From the NCBI GenBank assembly GCA_965645245.1, contig OZ287075.1, forward strand, positions 1,550,001-1,614,000: a DNA stretch of 64,000 bases, in the 5' to 3' direction. This document shows, in pieces, positions 23,677 through 36,246 of the stretch. This DNA comes from Massalongia carnosa (lineage: Eukaryota). A program made the translations under genes and the position numbers. The notes under the pieces were generated by a model. The model did not search any database. It saw only the letters and a program-made list of their open reading frames with translations, and had not been told where the DNA came from. Every line of letters starts with the position of its first letter. Position 1 is the first letter of the stretch.

Positions 23677-24955
23677 CTTGGTTATCACTTGTTCTATTGT
23701 TGATGTTGTAGATTCCCACCAGTTTATCGTGCTTTGACCTATGACTTGCGTTCCTGAAGAATTAAACCACCATTGTACCAAGTAGATCCCGAAAAACGTG
23801 GGGCACAAAAGCCGCGCCTAGTTGTGATCGATTTCAAGTGTTTCCGAATCTTCCAAGTTGCTAAAACGTAGCGATAGGCTCTACGGAGTATGGTTGGAAT
23901 GTTCCTTGTAGATTTTGAAACACGCGAGGTTTCTGGGCACGCGTTGATGGATTTCGCACCTAAGATCGATGGTGGCTTTGAAGGTTAGCGTGATGGTTCA
24001 ATGATCGAAGTGTCTACGTATGAGGGAATGCCCAGCGCGATTCTTGATCGATTATTGCTTGCCGCAGCTGTGGGTGTCGAGTGCTGTTGCGCCTGGACTC
24101 TCCGAACTTTAAGATGCAGGGGATTTTCGTCAGCCTTACCACACGCTTGAACCTCCTATTGGTCCCTACTGGATACTAACTTTAAAAAGACTTCTCACTC
24201 ATTCAGCAAAAGTATACTAGTTTCCCGGGCAAGTTCTATTCAAGTAACACCCCTTAATGTTCTTTCCGGTACTGTATGCCTACTTTTCTGAGCTCAACAT
24301 GTTATTCAAGCCCTTAGCCCTTCTTCATTTCTTATCGCCGAGCAGGTGCTTTAATATATTCAATATACTCTTTCAGTTTTAATAAAATCCTTTCTTCTAA
24401 CCTAGAGTAACAGTAATGTAACATGAGGCACATCGGAATTGCTTCTACGTCCGCCCCATCTCCGGCTTGTCCGTGTGAATACCGAGAAGCATGAAAGCTG
24501 TCTGTAATATAGATCGATAGCGGTTCTTTGCCCTTGCAACAGCTAGACAGATGAAACTCCACATAAAGCAACAGACAACGTCAATGACCACTAAAAATGA
24601 TAGGGTGCTGATTGTGAATCTGGCAAGGAGTGTTGGGATATTTCGACGCTAGTTCCATTCGCTGCTTGTCTTGATCCACCAACCCTGACGCCCCTAGCAA
24701 TCTTTGCAAAGGTCATACGCCTTGTGCAGATTCTGTGCTTTTTGGGTCACCTGAAAATCCGTAAAAGTCAAGGTGACTGTAGCCAAAATTTACTAGGAAG
24801 GGGGAGAAAAAGAAGTTTCCAAGCATAGAAGCGTCATAGACCCGAAGATTCTCTCGTCAATGAATTCATCGAGTAGGCAATGGTATAATCGATTTCCCAT
24901 TGCCTGGCCCTCCTAGCATGACAGAATTGCCTTCCTCTCAATTTTCTGCTGTTCC

Positions 24956-25503
24956 TTAAAGGGAATCCATCGCCTCCAAAACCCTTTCAGGGTTGATAAA
25001 ATCCGCAACGAGCTTCATGGTGCGCCCTAGCCTCACATTGTCCCAGAAATTGTCTATAAAATTGTAGACCCATTCCCAGGGTAGCTCAACACCATTTCTA
25101 GACTCAAATCTCAGCATCGTGTAGCTGATCGAAAATGCGAAATCAGTGATCGGTGGGCGGGGACCGGTAGCTTGCCGATGTCTGACGGCTCGTAATAGGT
25201 TGTGGTAGAATCGTTGAAGATTTATAGCGGCTAGCTCTACGGGGACATAAGTAGCAATGAATCCCATTCTCGCGGTATAGCCATCGGGAGTTTGTGCCAC
25301 GTGGTTGACAGTGCGGTTATGTAGGGAGTAGACTATTCATAGCTAGGCAGAAACAAAGCCTATGGATAGAATAAAAATGCTGGACTTCGGACTCGGCTTC
25401 CAAGGATCAAGGTCTTTTGGGCACAAGTTGGTTTGTGTTAGTCGGGAAACCCGAGGAAGGGGCATATAAAGTAAAAGCAGAATGGCGGGCAACAAATTTT
25501 CAT
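24956..25503 (-). pseudogene. Probable relic of a small secreted or lineage-specific protein gene
   Basis: A 114-aa protein-like ORF without its own ATG. Upstream, an ATG at 25503 is followed out of frame by a signal-peptide-like stretch (LLPAILLLLY), then stop codons. Confidence 0.35.
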
Positions 25504-26013
25504 GACGGGTTTTGTAAGGCAAGAATATATGCAATATCATCCAGGTTTTCTTCTTTCTTGTATTATTCTATGCTGCTGTAGCTCTGACTATAACCAAAAC
25601 AATGTTGGGAGATATATGGTGTCATGACATTCGAGTTAATATATTGAACATAAAGATTTTGAAACCTAATAACTGACACAAGGACGAAACGAACTCTCCG
25701 TGATATGCGACTCACATAACAGAGTTCAACCAAGTAACATTTCAACCTCAGGAAGGTAATGGTAATTACTGGATGGGATCGTTCTTAGCCTCGCTCGCTC
25801 TTCATGGTGAAAGCTGACCAAGATCGAAACCGGCCATTACAAACGAAAGTAGTGAGTTTGCCGGTGATAATGAATGCCCCTGTTGTTTCTCTAGAACTCC
25901 TTTCGATGCAAAACTTTGAAGAGACAGCTCAAGTGTTTGACAGAAGTCGAGAAAGCGACAAGATCCGAACTCAGAATCTATGTAAGGTAAGCTTGGTGAA
26001 CGCTTGTATCCCT

Positions 26014-28343
26014 TCTCGCTGGTGAATTGGCACCCCCCTCCCGCACTAGCTATAATGGCTTAGAGCTCTCGAAACCTTAAATATCTACCAATCAAATAAG
26101 CGGCTTGCTACCCCTTTCTAACATTTTTAAGAATTGCCTAATCAATTACTATCTACCTGAACTCCATCTACTTCTTTCAGTTCAAATGTATTGCCACCCA
26201 GCAGGCCTGATTTTTACATCAAGGTCTGATTGGATGACATCCTCCACACGCCCATCTTGTTTGAGAACCTCGCTGCTTTCTTTTCCTGCCATTAGCGTCT
26301 CTTTCAGCCAAAGGCTCCCCTTTTCTTTTGGAGGACCTTGTTTTATTGACATTGCAGGGCTCGCATTTCCGCTTCTTCTCCAGATGAATATAATGGTGCT
26401 CGGGGGTATAAACTAAAGGCTCAGAGTTGGTCTGAATCCTTATCTTTGACTCATGAAGTCGGGTTTGTCCAGCGGGATTCTTCATCAGACTGAGGGCAAG
26501 ATGATGAGTAAAATCCGTACGAGTGAGGTTTTTTCCTTCTGTTCTGAATTCATCAATTAGATAAAGCTTGTATGCATTGAGCGCAGCAGCATCTAACAAA
26601 AAAATAAACAGTGGCCACCAATATTGATCGCTTCGGCGTTGATAAGAATAAACCGCTCTCTGCTGAGCGTTTCCATCTGACCCACCCATGTGAAGATTAT
26701 ATTCTCTGACTGGTGCGGGAATCGGTAGGCCTAAAGGCCATGAAGGTGTTTGATCAGGCAGCAAAATGATGTGAGCGTACATTGAGGGATAGTATGGTAT
26801 GGGTATGACTGGCTGAACGGAGTCTTCTGGAATTCCATGCCTTATAAGCGGATGTAAATAGTACGAGTCATCAAGCTCCCGAGTATGATGTCGAGTAGTC
26901 ATCAACTGAACGGTGTTATTGTCCACCCATCCCAAACAGAGCACCTCATCCACAGTCGTACTGGCCCGAAGTCCCCAATGTTTGGATTTAATGGCCACAT
27001 CCCGCAGAGCCAACAACTTCGCGGGAAATCCAGAGCCTTTTTTAGCTGTTCCACATGCAGCAATTCCTAGCGATCGAAGAGCTTTGAATAGCTTTGTGCT
27101 GGTAAAGAAGTTGTCGCAGAAAATAGTGTAATTCAGTGGTTCAGGAAGTGTTTTACAAAGCTGAATTACCAGCAAAGCACTATCCGAAAGGCCATCCTTT
27201 GCTAAAAAGCCCAGTTGTCTAGCGGTTTTTAACTGACTGATTTTTGTTACCTGATACTTGTTAATCATTGCAGTTTATGTTGGGAAAAGCGATAGAAAAC
27301 AGAGGGTTTTTACAGCAAAAACACGAGGTTTCATGGAATTTTTCCGAAAGAGATCACGATTCAGAGATCAAAAGGGGAAAATGAGATATAATTTTTTAGA
27401 AAGACACTAACTTTGGAGGCAAACAAAAAAGATATCAAGTAGTTATTCTAACAAAGACTATATATTTTAAACCCCTTTCCAGCCTGCTTTGAGGTTATTT
27501 CTAGAGTATGACATGATCCACCTTCGAATTTAATTAGCTGCTCATCAATTAATATAATGCTTCCTGGTTGATAGTACTTCAACGAGGCCTGACGAAAATC
27601 AGTAGCAAGAGGTTCCAACTTCTTCCACCAATCGACTCCTTTGCCCATGCGCGGAGGTTCTGTACGTCCATTATTAAGCTTTAAGAATCTCTTGATTTGT
27701 TGAAATCGTACGAGGGACATGGCTTGTGAAATAGATAGGAAAATAGGCTTGTCGGGGCATTGATTCCAGTAATCTTCTGTGGCAGACGCATGATCCATGC
27801 CCATAAACAAAAGAATGCCCAAAAACCTCAATTCCTGGTCCAATGGTATCATACCATGGGCGATGATTATTCTCCTTTTCTTTCTCTGTATGGTCGTGGG
27901 CCTTGATGTTCGTGTGATATGCGATGGTCCGACAGAGCTGAGTCGTAATAAAGAGCTGAAAAAATCCAAGAGGAGTATCAACAAGACCATTCACCAGCGA
28001 TCTTGGAGGTCTATCATCAATTGATATGGGTTTGTAACTCGAAAGAGGAGGAGGAATGTCAGCCAAGATGCTTTTAACAGTGCGTTTGCTATTTATCCTA
28101 TGTTGCTTTGCTGAAACGGGGGATTTGTCTGAAACACTCGGAATTTCTTCTTCATTTAGTCCCATGACGCTGAATAAATATAATATGATGTTTGAAGCAA
28201 TTGATTGTAAGGAGATTTATTTTTCTAATGATACTAATGGTGATTGTTTTGAGGTAGAAAGTAAACAAATTTTGATGTTCTTGCTTACTAACACTATGCG
28301 ACTAACAGCTAGCGCGGGAGGGGGTGCCAATTCACCAGCGAGA
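26014..28343 (-). mobile_element. Defective piggyBac-like DNA transposon of about 2.3 kb with imperfect TIRs of about 37 bp
   Basis: TIR TCTCGCTGGTGAATTGGCACCCCC(C)TCCCGC(A/G)CTAGCT at 26014-26051 and inverted at about 28307-28343, enclosing a transposase. Confidence 0.88.
26177..28165 (-). pseudogene. piggyBac (DDE_Tnp_1_7 / PGBD-like) transposase pseudogene; intron about 27251-27411
   Basis: Catalytic segments IDEQL, CDNFFTS and YNLHMGGSD, plus a C-terminal Cys-rich finger (CEPC..CGGC..C..CW..H). Frameshift near 27821-27825, premature TAG at 27448-27450 and TGA at 26219-26221. Confidence 0.88.
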
Positions 28344-28706
28344 GAGAAGGTAGAGAGATCGGAGTCGTACGACCGACCGTATCTACATGCAAATATACCC
28401 ATGTAAAGTGGCTTTTTTAGCTGCATATTTAGCGTTAGCAAGGACTTTCGGCGTCATCCTTCGTACCTTGTACAGAGAGAGTACCATCCCACGATTAGGC
28501 TAGCGCTAACAGTAATCGAACTTTCTATTATCCTGTATGGTAACGAATAAAACCGGCTCACTAAACGATCATTACCTCGTACTCTGTACATACAGTGAAC
28601 TAGGTAAATACTCACGATACTCATCGCAAAGTGTTCAACCTCCACCATACACTCTCTCCAGCATCAACTCCTTGTCTTTTTATACATACAACTTTTTCCC
28701 ATAATC

Positions 28707-29780
28707 ATGGACACAATCGCCCCAACCCCCAACCTAGTCGAGTCACAGTTATTTTTCAAAAAACGCTCTACGAAGAAATCCGCCATCCGCAAACGCCCCG
28801 CCACGCCTCCTCCGGCAGGAGATCTCTCCTCCGACTATTCTTCCGACGAAGGACACCGAAGCATCAAACGGCAGCGCAAATCTGTCCTTATCACAGCTAC
28901 CAGCTTAGCCGAAACATCCAAGCTCCCGGCCGAAGATCTAGAGCCCACAAAGTTCACTGCCGATCGATCCGGCCAAATCGAATCTACAAACGACGCCACG
29001 AGGCAATCGAATTGGTACGACGAGCAAACCGATTCAAATTCCAAAACCACCAACCCTACAAATCTCAAAACTCTCCTCGGCACAACCCGTGCCCTCCCTT
29101 CCCAAACCGCTGCCCCAGAACCCGTTCCCAACGACGGTACCTACAAAGGCACCTCTAACTACGCCACCTTCATCGCCAAAAATCCCAATGCGCCCACCCG
29201 CCAAGTCGGCCCCCTCAAAGCCCCCACCAACATTCGCACCATCACCGTCACCGACTTCGCTCCCGACGTCTGCAAGGACTACAAGCAAACCGGATTCTGC
29301 GGCTTCGGCGACAGCTGCAAGTTCCTGCACGCGCGAGAGGACTATAAGCAAGGCTGGGAGCTCGACAAGGACTGGGAAATCGGTGCCAAGGGCAAGAAGA
29401 CTCGCGCAAGTGGCAGGAAGCAACACGTAGGTAACGATGAAACGGACAACCAAGACGATGATGACAAAGCGCTCGAAGGCATCCCCTTCGCCTGCATCCT
29501 CTGCAAGTGCCCCTATGCCCACCCAATCGTGACCAAGTGCGGGCACTATTTCTGCGAAAGCTGCGCGCTGCAGCGCTACCGCAAGACACCCGCGTGCGCG
29601 GCCTGCGGCGCCGGCACTAGCGGCGTGTTTAACAGTGCCAAGGGCTTGAAGAAGTTGCTGGAGCGGAAGCGCGAGCGGGCGAGGAGAAGGCGGGAAAAGG
29701 CCATCGCGGAAGGGGAGGAGGTTGAGGAGGATGAGGAGGAGGGTGGTGGAGAGAGTGGAGGCCGGGAACGGGAGGAGTGA
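28707..29780 (+). CDS. CWC24: Pre-mRNA splicing factor Cwc24 (RNF113A); CCCH zinc finger plus RING
   Basis: DFAPDVCKDYKQTGFCGFGDSCKFLHAREDYKQGW and IPFACILC...CGHYFCESCA...CAAC. Confidence 0.96.
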   Translation: MDTIAPTPNLVESQLFFKKRSTKKSAIRKRPATPPPAGDLSSDYSSDEGHRSIKRQRKSVLITATSLAETSKLPAEDLEPTKFTADRSGQIESTNDATRQSNWYDEQTDSNSKTTNPTNLKTLLGTTRALPSQTAAPEPVPNDGTYKGTSNYATFIAKNPNAPTRQVGPLKAPTNIRTITVTDFAPDVCKDYKQTGFCGFGDSCKFLHAREDYKQGWELDKDWEIGAKGKKTRASGRKQHVGNDETDNQDDDDKALEGIPFACILCKCPYAHPIVTKCGHYFCESCALQRYRKTPACAACGAGTSGVFNSAKGLKKLLERKRERARRRREKAIAEGEEVEEDEEEGGGESGGREREE

Positions 29781-30274
29781 AGGGGGTTGAACAAATATTT
29801 GAGAGACGAGATTTGTTTAAGTTTCACGGAAATGGGGTGCTGCTGATGCATGATACCCGTTTTCCCAAGGTCTTGGGTAGTAAGTATATATATACTTCAT
29901 CAACATTTATCAACCTTTCTAATTTAATCTACCTGAACTTACAGTGTATGCTAGAATAAGAATTAAATACCAGACAGGAAACCCTTCCCAAACGAGCCCT
30001 CAAATGTCCTTTCCTCCACCAAGAAACTCTATCCGGCGACATATGGCCAGCGGGTGGAGTCGAGGAGCTGCTGAACCGGATGGTTGCTGATATTATATAT
30101 TTATCTGTTCTAATACTCACACAGGGCCGAGGAGAGTTGGGAACAGCCTGTCACGTGTCAAGATCCCATCGGCACCAGACTGAGACATGCATTGCATGCG
30201 CAGAGATGGCCCCCTTACCTCGAAGCGTGCGTGTTAACCGCGACCACCTCCCCACCGATGCTTCCCCCTCCCTT

Positions 30275-31770
30275 TCACCCAAGTTTCCCAAACTTCTTTA
30301 GAATCTCCTTCTCGGAGAAGCGTCTCGTCTTTGCGCGCAGCAGGTCTGCCAGCTCCGCCTGACTCATGCCGATCTGGTCGGCGCCTATGGGCACCAAGCA
30401 GGCAGCCAGGTGGGCGTAGTCCTTGCGCAGCAGCGTCACCGTCATCATGATGTAATCGATGTTGTGGAAGACGAGAGCGCGGCCGTCGCGGTACTGCGGC
30501 TTGGCGGTGACGAATGCGAGGGGGTGGTCGCGCCAGTGGCGGCGGGGGTTGAGGTGGTGCGAGGTGTGGTAGCCGTCATTGAAACAGTAACGGTTTGACT
30601 TCAGAGTCAAGGGGGTAGTTATTAGTGATGAGGATTGATGGTAAAAGAGGAGATAGGCGATATTACGCAGGAGTTGGAATTGAAGAGAAATAATAGGACG
30701 AACGAAAATCCTGAAGGAGCGAGAAAACATGATATGAATTATGGATTAAAATCCCCTGGAAGAAAGTGCTTTACAGAGCCTAGAACATTATACAGGATAT
30801 TGTGTGCAGACAAACTGCTGGAGGAGGTACTCACAGGGACATCTATCAAGGTTATGCTGGACCGGAAATCTGAATCGGGCTCGAGCTCATCCACTAAAGC
30901 GTGCTGGCCCCAGTTCCCCACCATCATGCCTACACGCATTTGAAGCAATGGTATTATCAGCACGAAGACCGCTGCCTGGAGATTATACCGAGCCAGCACA
31001 TATATCAAAGCATACGACGAGAACTCCGAAACCGCAACCCTGATAGCCAGGGACCGCTTCTTCTTTCGAAGGAAATACAACGGCAGCTCGATCGAGACAA
31101 AGGCCACAAAGCGGCCCACGTAGCACAGGAAATCAAGCAGATCATCGCGCTGGTAACGGATGGTCGAGGACAGATCACCCGGGCCGTTGTTCTCGACGTG
31201 ATGATGTTTTACATGGTGGTAGTAGTACGAATCCCAGGTGTGGCCCATCAGTGGCTCCAGAACATATGGCCAGAAGCGGTCGAACCAGGCATATCTGTTG
31301 TCGAGAATGCCATTGTTGTGAATGTGGTTGTGAAGCATGAGGGTGAAGGCGCCGCAATACCAAGCTTGCATCAGCCAATGGAAAAGAGCACGAGGCCATG
31401 AAAAACGATAAATCAGAGCTACAGCACTCGGGACTGACGTGCACAGATATATCAGGATATGGGTCATGAATACAACATCGGTGGGCCTTCGCACGATGGT
31501 CTCCGCCCACGCTGCATATGGCTTAATGAGCCAGCGATCGATGGTCTTGGAAAAGTCTTTCTGATCCCATCCTGTGAAGATGGTCTGCTGGAAATTCACA
31601 TTTTCAACGTCAGTCAGACCACTCAATGATTGGATGGTTGCCTGATCGTCGCCGTTCGGTTTTTCCGACCCTGAAATAACTTCGGTTCCGGCTTCCTTGA
31701 TGTCCTGTTTAAGATTTTCCAGTACGATGATATCCGATTGCGTTAGCAAAGGGCTTAATGTAATGCTCAT
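30275..31770 (-). CDS. Membrane fatty-acid desaturase-like protein; intron 30599-30834
   Basis: Three histidine boxes (HNHIH, HHVKHHH, HTSHH), TM segments and GNWGQH. The splice LIDVP|SNRYCFNDGYH is in frame. Confidence 0.88.
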
Positions 31771-34382
31771 GCTATGGCTGTTTCATTCACTTCACGGTAG
31801 AAGTGAAGCTGTTGTTAATGAGGAGCTCTAGAACGAGCTTATATCTTGTGGTTGCATCGGGCAAATGATCAAAGATTGTCAAGAAAAAGTCGAGCCGGAC
31901 GAGACCCCCTCGAATCTGATTCGCTGCTTTCTCCTTTTTTTGAGCTTGGGCTTTCTTGATGAGGTTAAGCTGTACTCTGTATGCCGTACTCTACATAAAT
32001 ACGGCGCGAACTAGGCATAACTAGCACCCGCTCGCTACCACCCTATTTGCGCCATCTTGCCTTGACGCCCACGTGATGCCTCGATCAGTCGATCATCTCC
32101 AACCTAAATTGACTAACTGCTTTCATCTCATCGAAGCTTTAGGTACTCGAGGGGCGATGTTGTACTCTCGACCTTTCTGGATCTATTTCATAACACAACC
32201 TCAACTATATTAACGTTGGCCCCCAGTACGTCTCAGATATCAAACTCATTCAAACATGACACGACAGGGCAAAAATGAATGAACGAATAAGCGAGGCAGA
32301 TGGAACTCCGCGTGGCACTCAAATGCGGTGGACAATTCCTTTGATTTGCTTTTCTACAGTCGACGAACTCAAGTCCACAAGGATAAGATTTTACCACTCT
32401 CTCCCTTCTACTTTTGTTGTTGTCATTGTTGCCTCGTTTCCTGTTTCGACACCAAAAACCTTTCTGGCAAACAAATCCCTCTCCGGAGCTCAATACGCAA
32501 TAGAGATAGGTGTTCAAGAGAAGAAAGAACCATCATTGATCTTACGTATTGCGTGGTATTTATTTTTTTCGTCGCCTCGCGCTTTACTTTTAAAGTTGGG
32601 GACTATGGGTTACGTTGTGCTGAGAAGGTTTTGTAGCTGAGGACAAAGTCCATTTGGGTTGATGAATGCTTTCAGGCGCTCGGACCATAAACTTAACGTC
32701 AACCGGTAGTGCCGATGCTGCGAGAGTGCCTCAGTCGCAGTCATCGATACATGTCGAGCATCTACGGGCTGCATCCATGATAGCCTATATCTATTCTCGA
32801 ATAACTCGTCCCATGGATGGTCCCTCTAGGTGTCTTACACAGAGCTGTCGTTTTGCAAACTACATGAGCACCTTCAAAATACAGCCATGTCTGTCTTCAG
32901 GAGAGGATGACCTTGAATAAGTGACAGATGCAAGGGCTTTACTAGAACGCAATTAGATTTTAGATGAGGAGCAAGAGGGCGCTCAAAAACCTTCAACTTT
33001 CCGACTTAAGCCAAAGCTTTGATCCCTATATTTTCTTTAAATTAGCATGCTTTCATTCTAACGCCTGTCGGAGCGAAGACTTGGTCACTACTATGTTTTT
33101 TTTCTTTCGAAAGAGCTGAACTCAATCATTGATCTTTCCACTTTGTGTTAGCAACTGGGCACATCCTAGATTTTTGATTCATCGTCGCAGAGATGCGCCA
33201 TTTGAATGTCTTTCGTGGAGAGACTGCGAGGATCGAGGATTGTCAATGCGTAGCAAATAGATCTATGCGTCTGAATTAGATTGAGTAAAGTCAATTTATC
33301 TCAATTAAAAGTTGGGGGCAGGAATATGTAAACTAGAGAACACGTACATTCATTAGCTCCCGATGTGGCGTGTTACTTTACGCTCAAATCTCTTGAGAAT
33401 TATAAAGTCCTGTTTTGCAGCAATTGACTGTTTCACCAGCATTCTTTAAAGAAGTACTAGCATGTAGTAACACTCAAACACACTATGCCATAAACCGCAA
33501 GAAATACTTCTCGATTTCCCATGATAATTTTCAAACCGCCCCATATATTATGACTCTCCTCGGCTTCCGCTATAGTCTGCCAACTTAGGCTAGGTTTTTA
33601 GTTTTATCGGACCGACATGTAATCGACAAGCCCTCTAGGAAAACCCACGGCTATTCAAACAGGACCACGAACCTACTCATGGCGTATTTTGAGGCCATGA
33701 GCAAATAATCCGAGGAGCGGCTAAAAGGAGTGATGGAACGGACTAAAGAGGGCACAAAGGAAAAGGCGATTGATTCTTCAAAAAGTTTGGGGGTATATGT
33801 ACGTTGAATGTGGGGAGAAGTCGCTGGAGAAAGTCAGGGGTTGAGGAGGGCTGGGAGCTTTAGGAAGAGGATTGGGTAAGTATTGGGGGACTCATCTGCT
33901 TTATGTATTTGTCTATCTAGGTATCTGTCTGTCTAGCCATTATTGCCTGTCCACGGGACATCTAGGTAACCAATCTTCAACTCTGTAAATTACTTGCTTT
34001 TGAATACTCGTTTAAATCTTCCTATAGACTTTGGTTGATCTTCTATTTGGTTTCTCGTTTGACCTGTACACAGTAAATATAACGGTAATCGTCAGAATAA
34101 GGGTTTATTGAAGGATATATATTAAATCAGCGAGCTTCTCAAGACCCGTCATCAAATAATAGATCTACTATCATAGTGTTTTTTATTTTTCAATGTAACA
34201 CGCTAGGGTAAAAGATACCGTATTGTTGACTATAAACTCTTATTCCAAATCAGCCCTCCGTGCCTTCTAAGTTATGAAACTAGGGTTGGAATATACTCTG
34301 TACGGTATCCAAACCGATTTAGGCATTGGTTTTCAAACGTGCTTCTATATAAATCATCCTCACTCTTTAACAGACATTCAAC

Positions 34383-36246
34383 ATGGGCCCAAAAGAAAGA
34401 AAAGCCACAACGTCAAAAGAACGACCATTACAACATCGTCAAATACCCCAGCATGAACCACAAAAACATCTCGTCCCATCATCACCTCGTGAAGGTAGAA
34501 GCCGCCAAGACGTCGTACAGTCGACCTTGAAGGCTATTGAGCTCTTGGTGCTGGCTGCTGCCTATTCGCCAATATCTCAGCTGACTCTATCCCCTGTCTA
34601 TGGGTCTATACCCTCATCACTTCAACATCAACGACTAACTGTAGTTGTTGTCCTGCTGGCCTGGTCATTGAAGTCCAAGATTCATGCCTCTATTTTATGG
34701 AACATGGTCGCCTTCTTACCGGTTTTGGCCTTCTCAATACCGCTGATTCAGGTCTTTTTATTTCGATTCAGTAGCCACCTTGGCGCCGTCTACGGTCCGC
34801 TCGTTACAGAGCTGCTAACATATGGCCCGCTAGTCTTTGCGTCTGTACTGGGATCAGCAGAACTGTTTGATGCCTTAGATTTGAGTCGGTATGGAGAGTA
34901 TGTGGTCAACGCAGGGCCAGCACTGATCTCATACATTATTCTAAGCGTAGCGAACAAGGTCTCTGTGTCATTAATTGAAAAGAACATTGGATCTGGCATC
35001 GTGTTTACACGGATTGGTTTGCAGTTGATTATATCTAGTTTCTACGCAATACTTCTGCCCTCTAAGTTTCTGCTCATTGCATGCTTGCCGTTACTCCATA
35101 CTTTTACTTTGAATGTCCATGCCCCCTTTGAACAGACGACGGCCTTGCTGAACACCTCGTTGCGAGCCCACGAATATTCGCTCGTGGCTCGCCAAGAGTC
35201 CATAACAGGATACATCTCCGTTTTGGACAACATGCAAGAAGGGTTTCGAGTTATGCGGTGTGACCATAGCCTTCTTGGAGGAGAGTGGTTCCAGCGAAAA
35301 CCGTCCATGTCCAAACTGAAGGAGCCCATCTACTCTGTGTTTTCCATGCTCGAGGCTGTAAGGCTTGTGGAAACCGAGTCTGCGGGTATGCAGGTGGTTA
35401 GGCCAGATAAGGAGAAACATGCGCTAGTGATGTAGGTCTTCAGCCCGAACTTCAAGCCAACTAGTCTAAAACATTCAATCCAGAGGTCTGGGCATTGGGA
35501 CTACGCCTGCCGCGCTCATAGCTCATGGCATCAACACTACCATCATCGAAATAGACCCAGTGGTATATGAGTATGCGATTAGATATTTCAACCTTCCGTT
35601 AAATCATACAGCAGTTGTTGAAGATGCTACGAATTTCGTAGCCAAGCAGGAAGTAGACTCTGCTGAACGCAAGACGTATGATTATATAATTCATGACGTT
35701 TTTACTGGTGGCGCTGAGCCAGTCGATCTTTTCACTGAAGAATTCTTGAAAGGCTTGAGTAGCTTGCTAAATGCTCAGGGAATCATTGCTATCGCAAGTT
35801 ATTCTTGGCCTCATTATCGAACCCAACGCTAATGAGTATAGAACTACGCCGGAGATCTTCTTCTTCCATCTGCTAGTATAGTCGTTTATACCATTAAATC
35901 TGTCTTTCCCACCTGTCGGATTTACCGAGAGAATGCAGCTCCGACCGACTCATCGAAAAAGGATTTTACCAATATGGTTATGTTCTGCCGAAAATCAAAG
36001 GAGGCTTTCAATTTCAGACGTCCTGTCCAAGCAGATTTCCTAGGTAGTGAGGCAAGGAAACATTACTTATACCCAAGATATGAGGTTAATAGCGAGATTT
36101 TCAAGAATAGAGCTGCTGACGGTGAACTTGAGGTTCTAAAACGCGGCCGCACAAAGAATCTTGAACTTTTCCACAAGACTAGTGCAGTAGGGCACTGGGG
36201 TATTATGAGGACTGTACTGCCAAACGTGATCTGGGAGAATTGGTAG
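34383..36246 (+). CDS. Membrane-anchored spermidine/spermine synthase-like SAM-dependent transferase; introns 35432-35483 (GT-AG) and 35794-35841 (GC-AG)
   Basis: N-terminal TM bundle, then RVMRCDHSLLGG, ALVIGLGIG (motif I), IEIDPVV and YDYIIHDVFTGG. Ends with VIWENW*. Confidence 0.88.

Noticed and set aside
24888..24920. Minus-strand peptide MLGGPGNGKS resembling a Walker A P-loop
   Set aside because: It is flanked closely by stop codons with no other NTPase motifs, so it is most likely chance.
33660..33895. Minus-strand FLKLPA-like stretch resembling an F-box-type gene start
   Set aside because: It is out of frame with the nearby ATG and quickly hits stops, so the evidence is insufficient.
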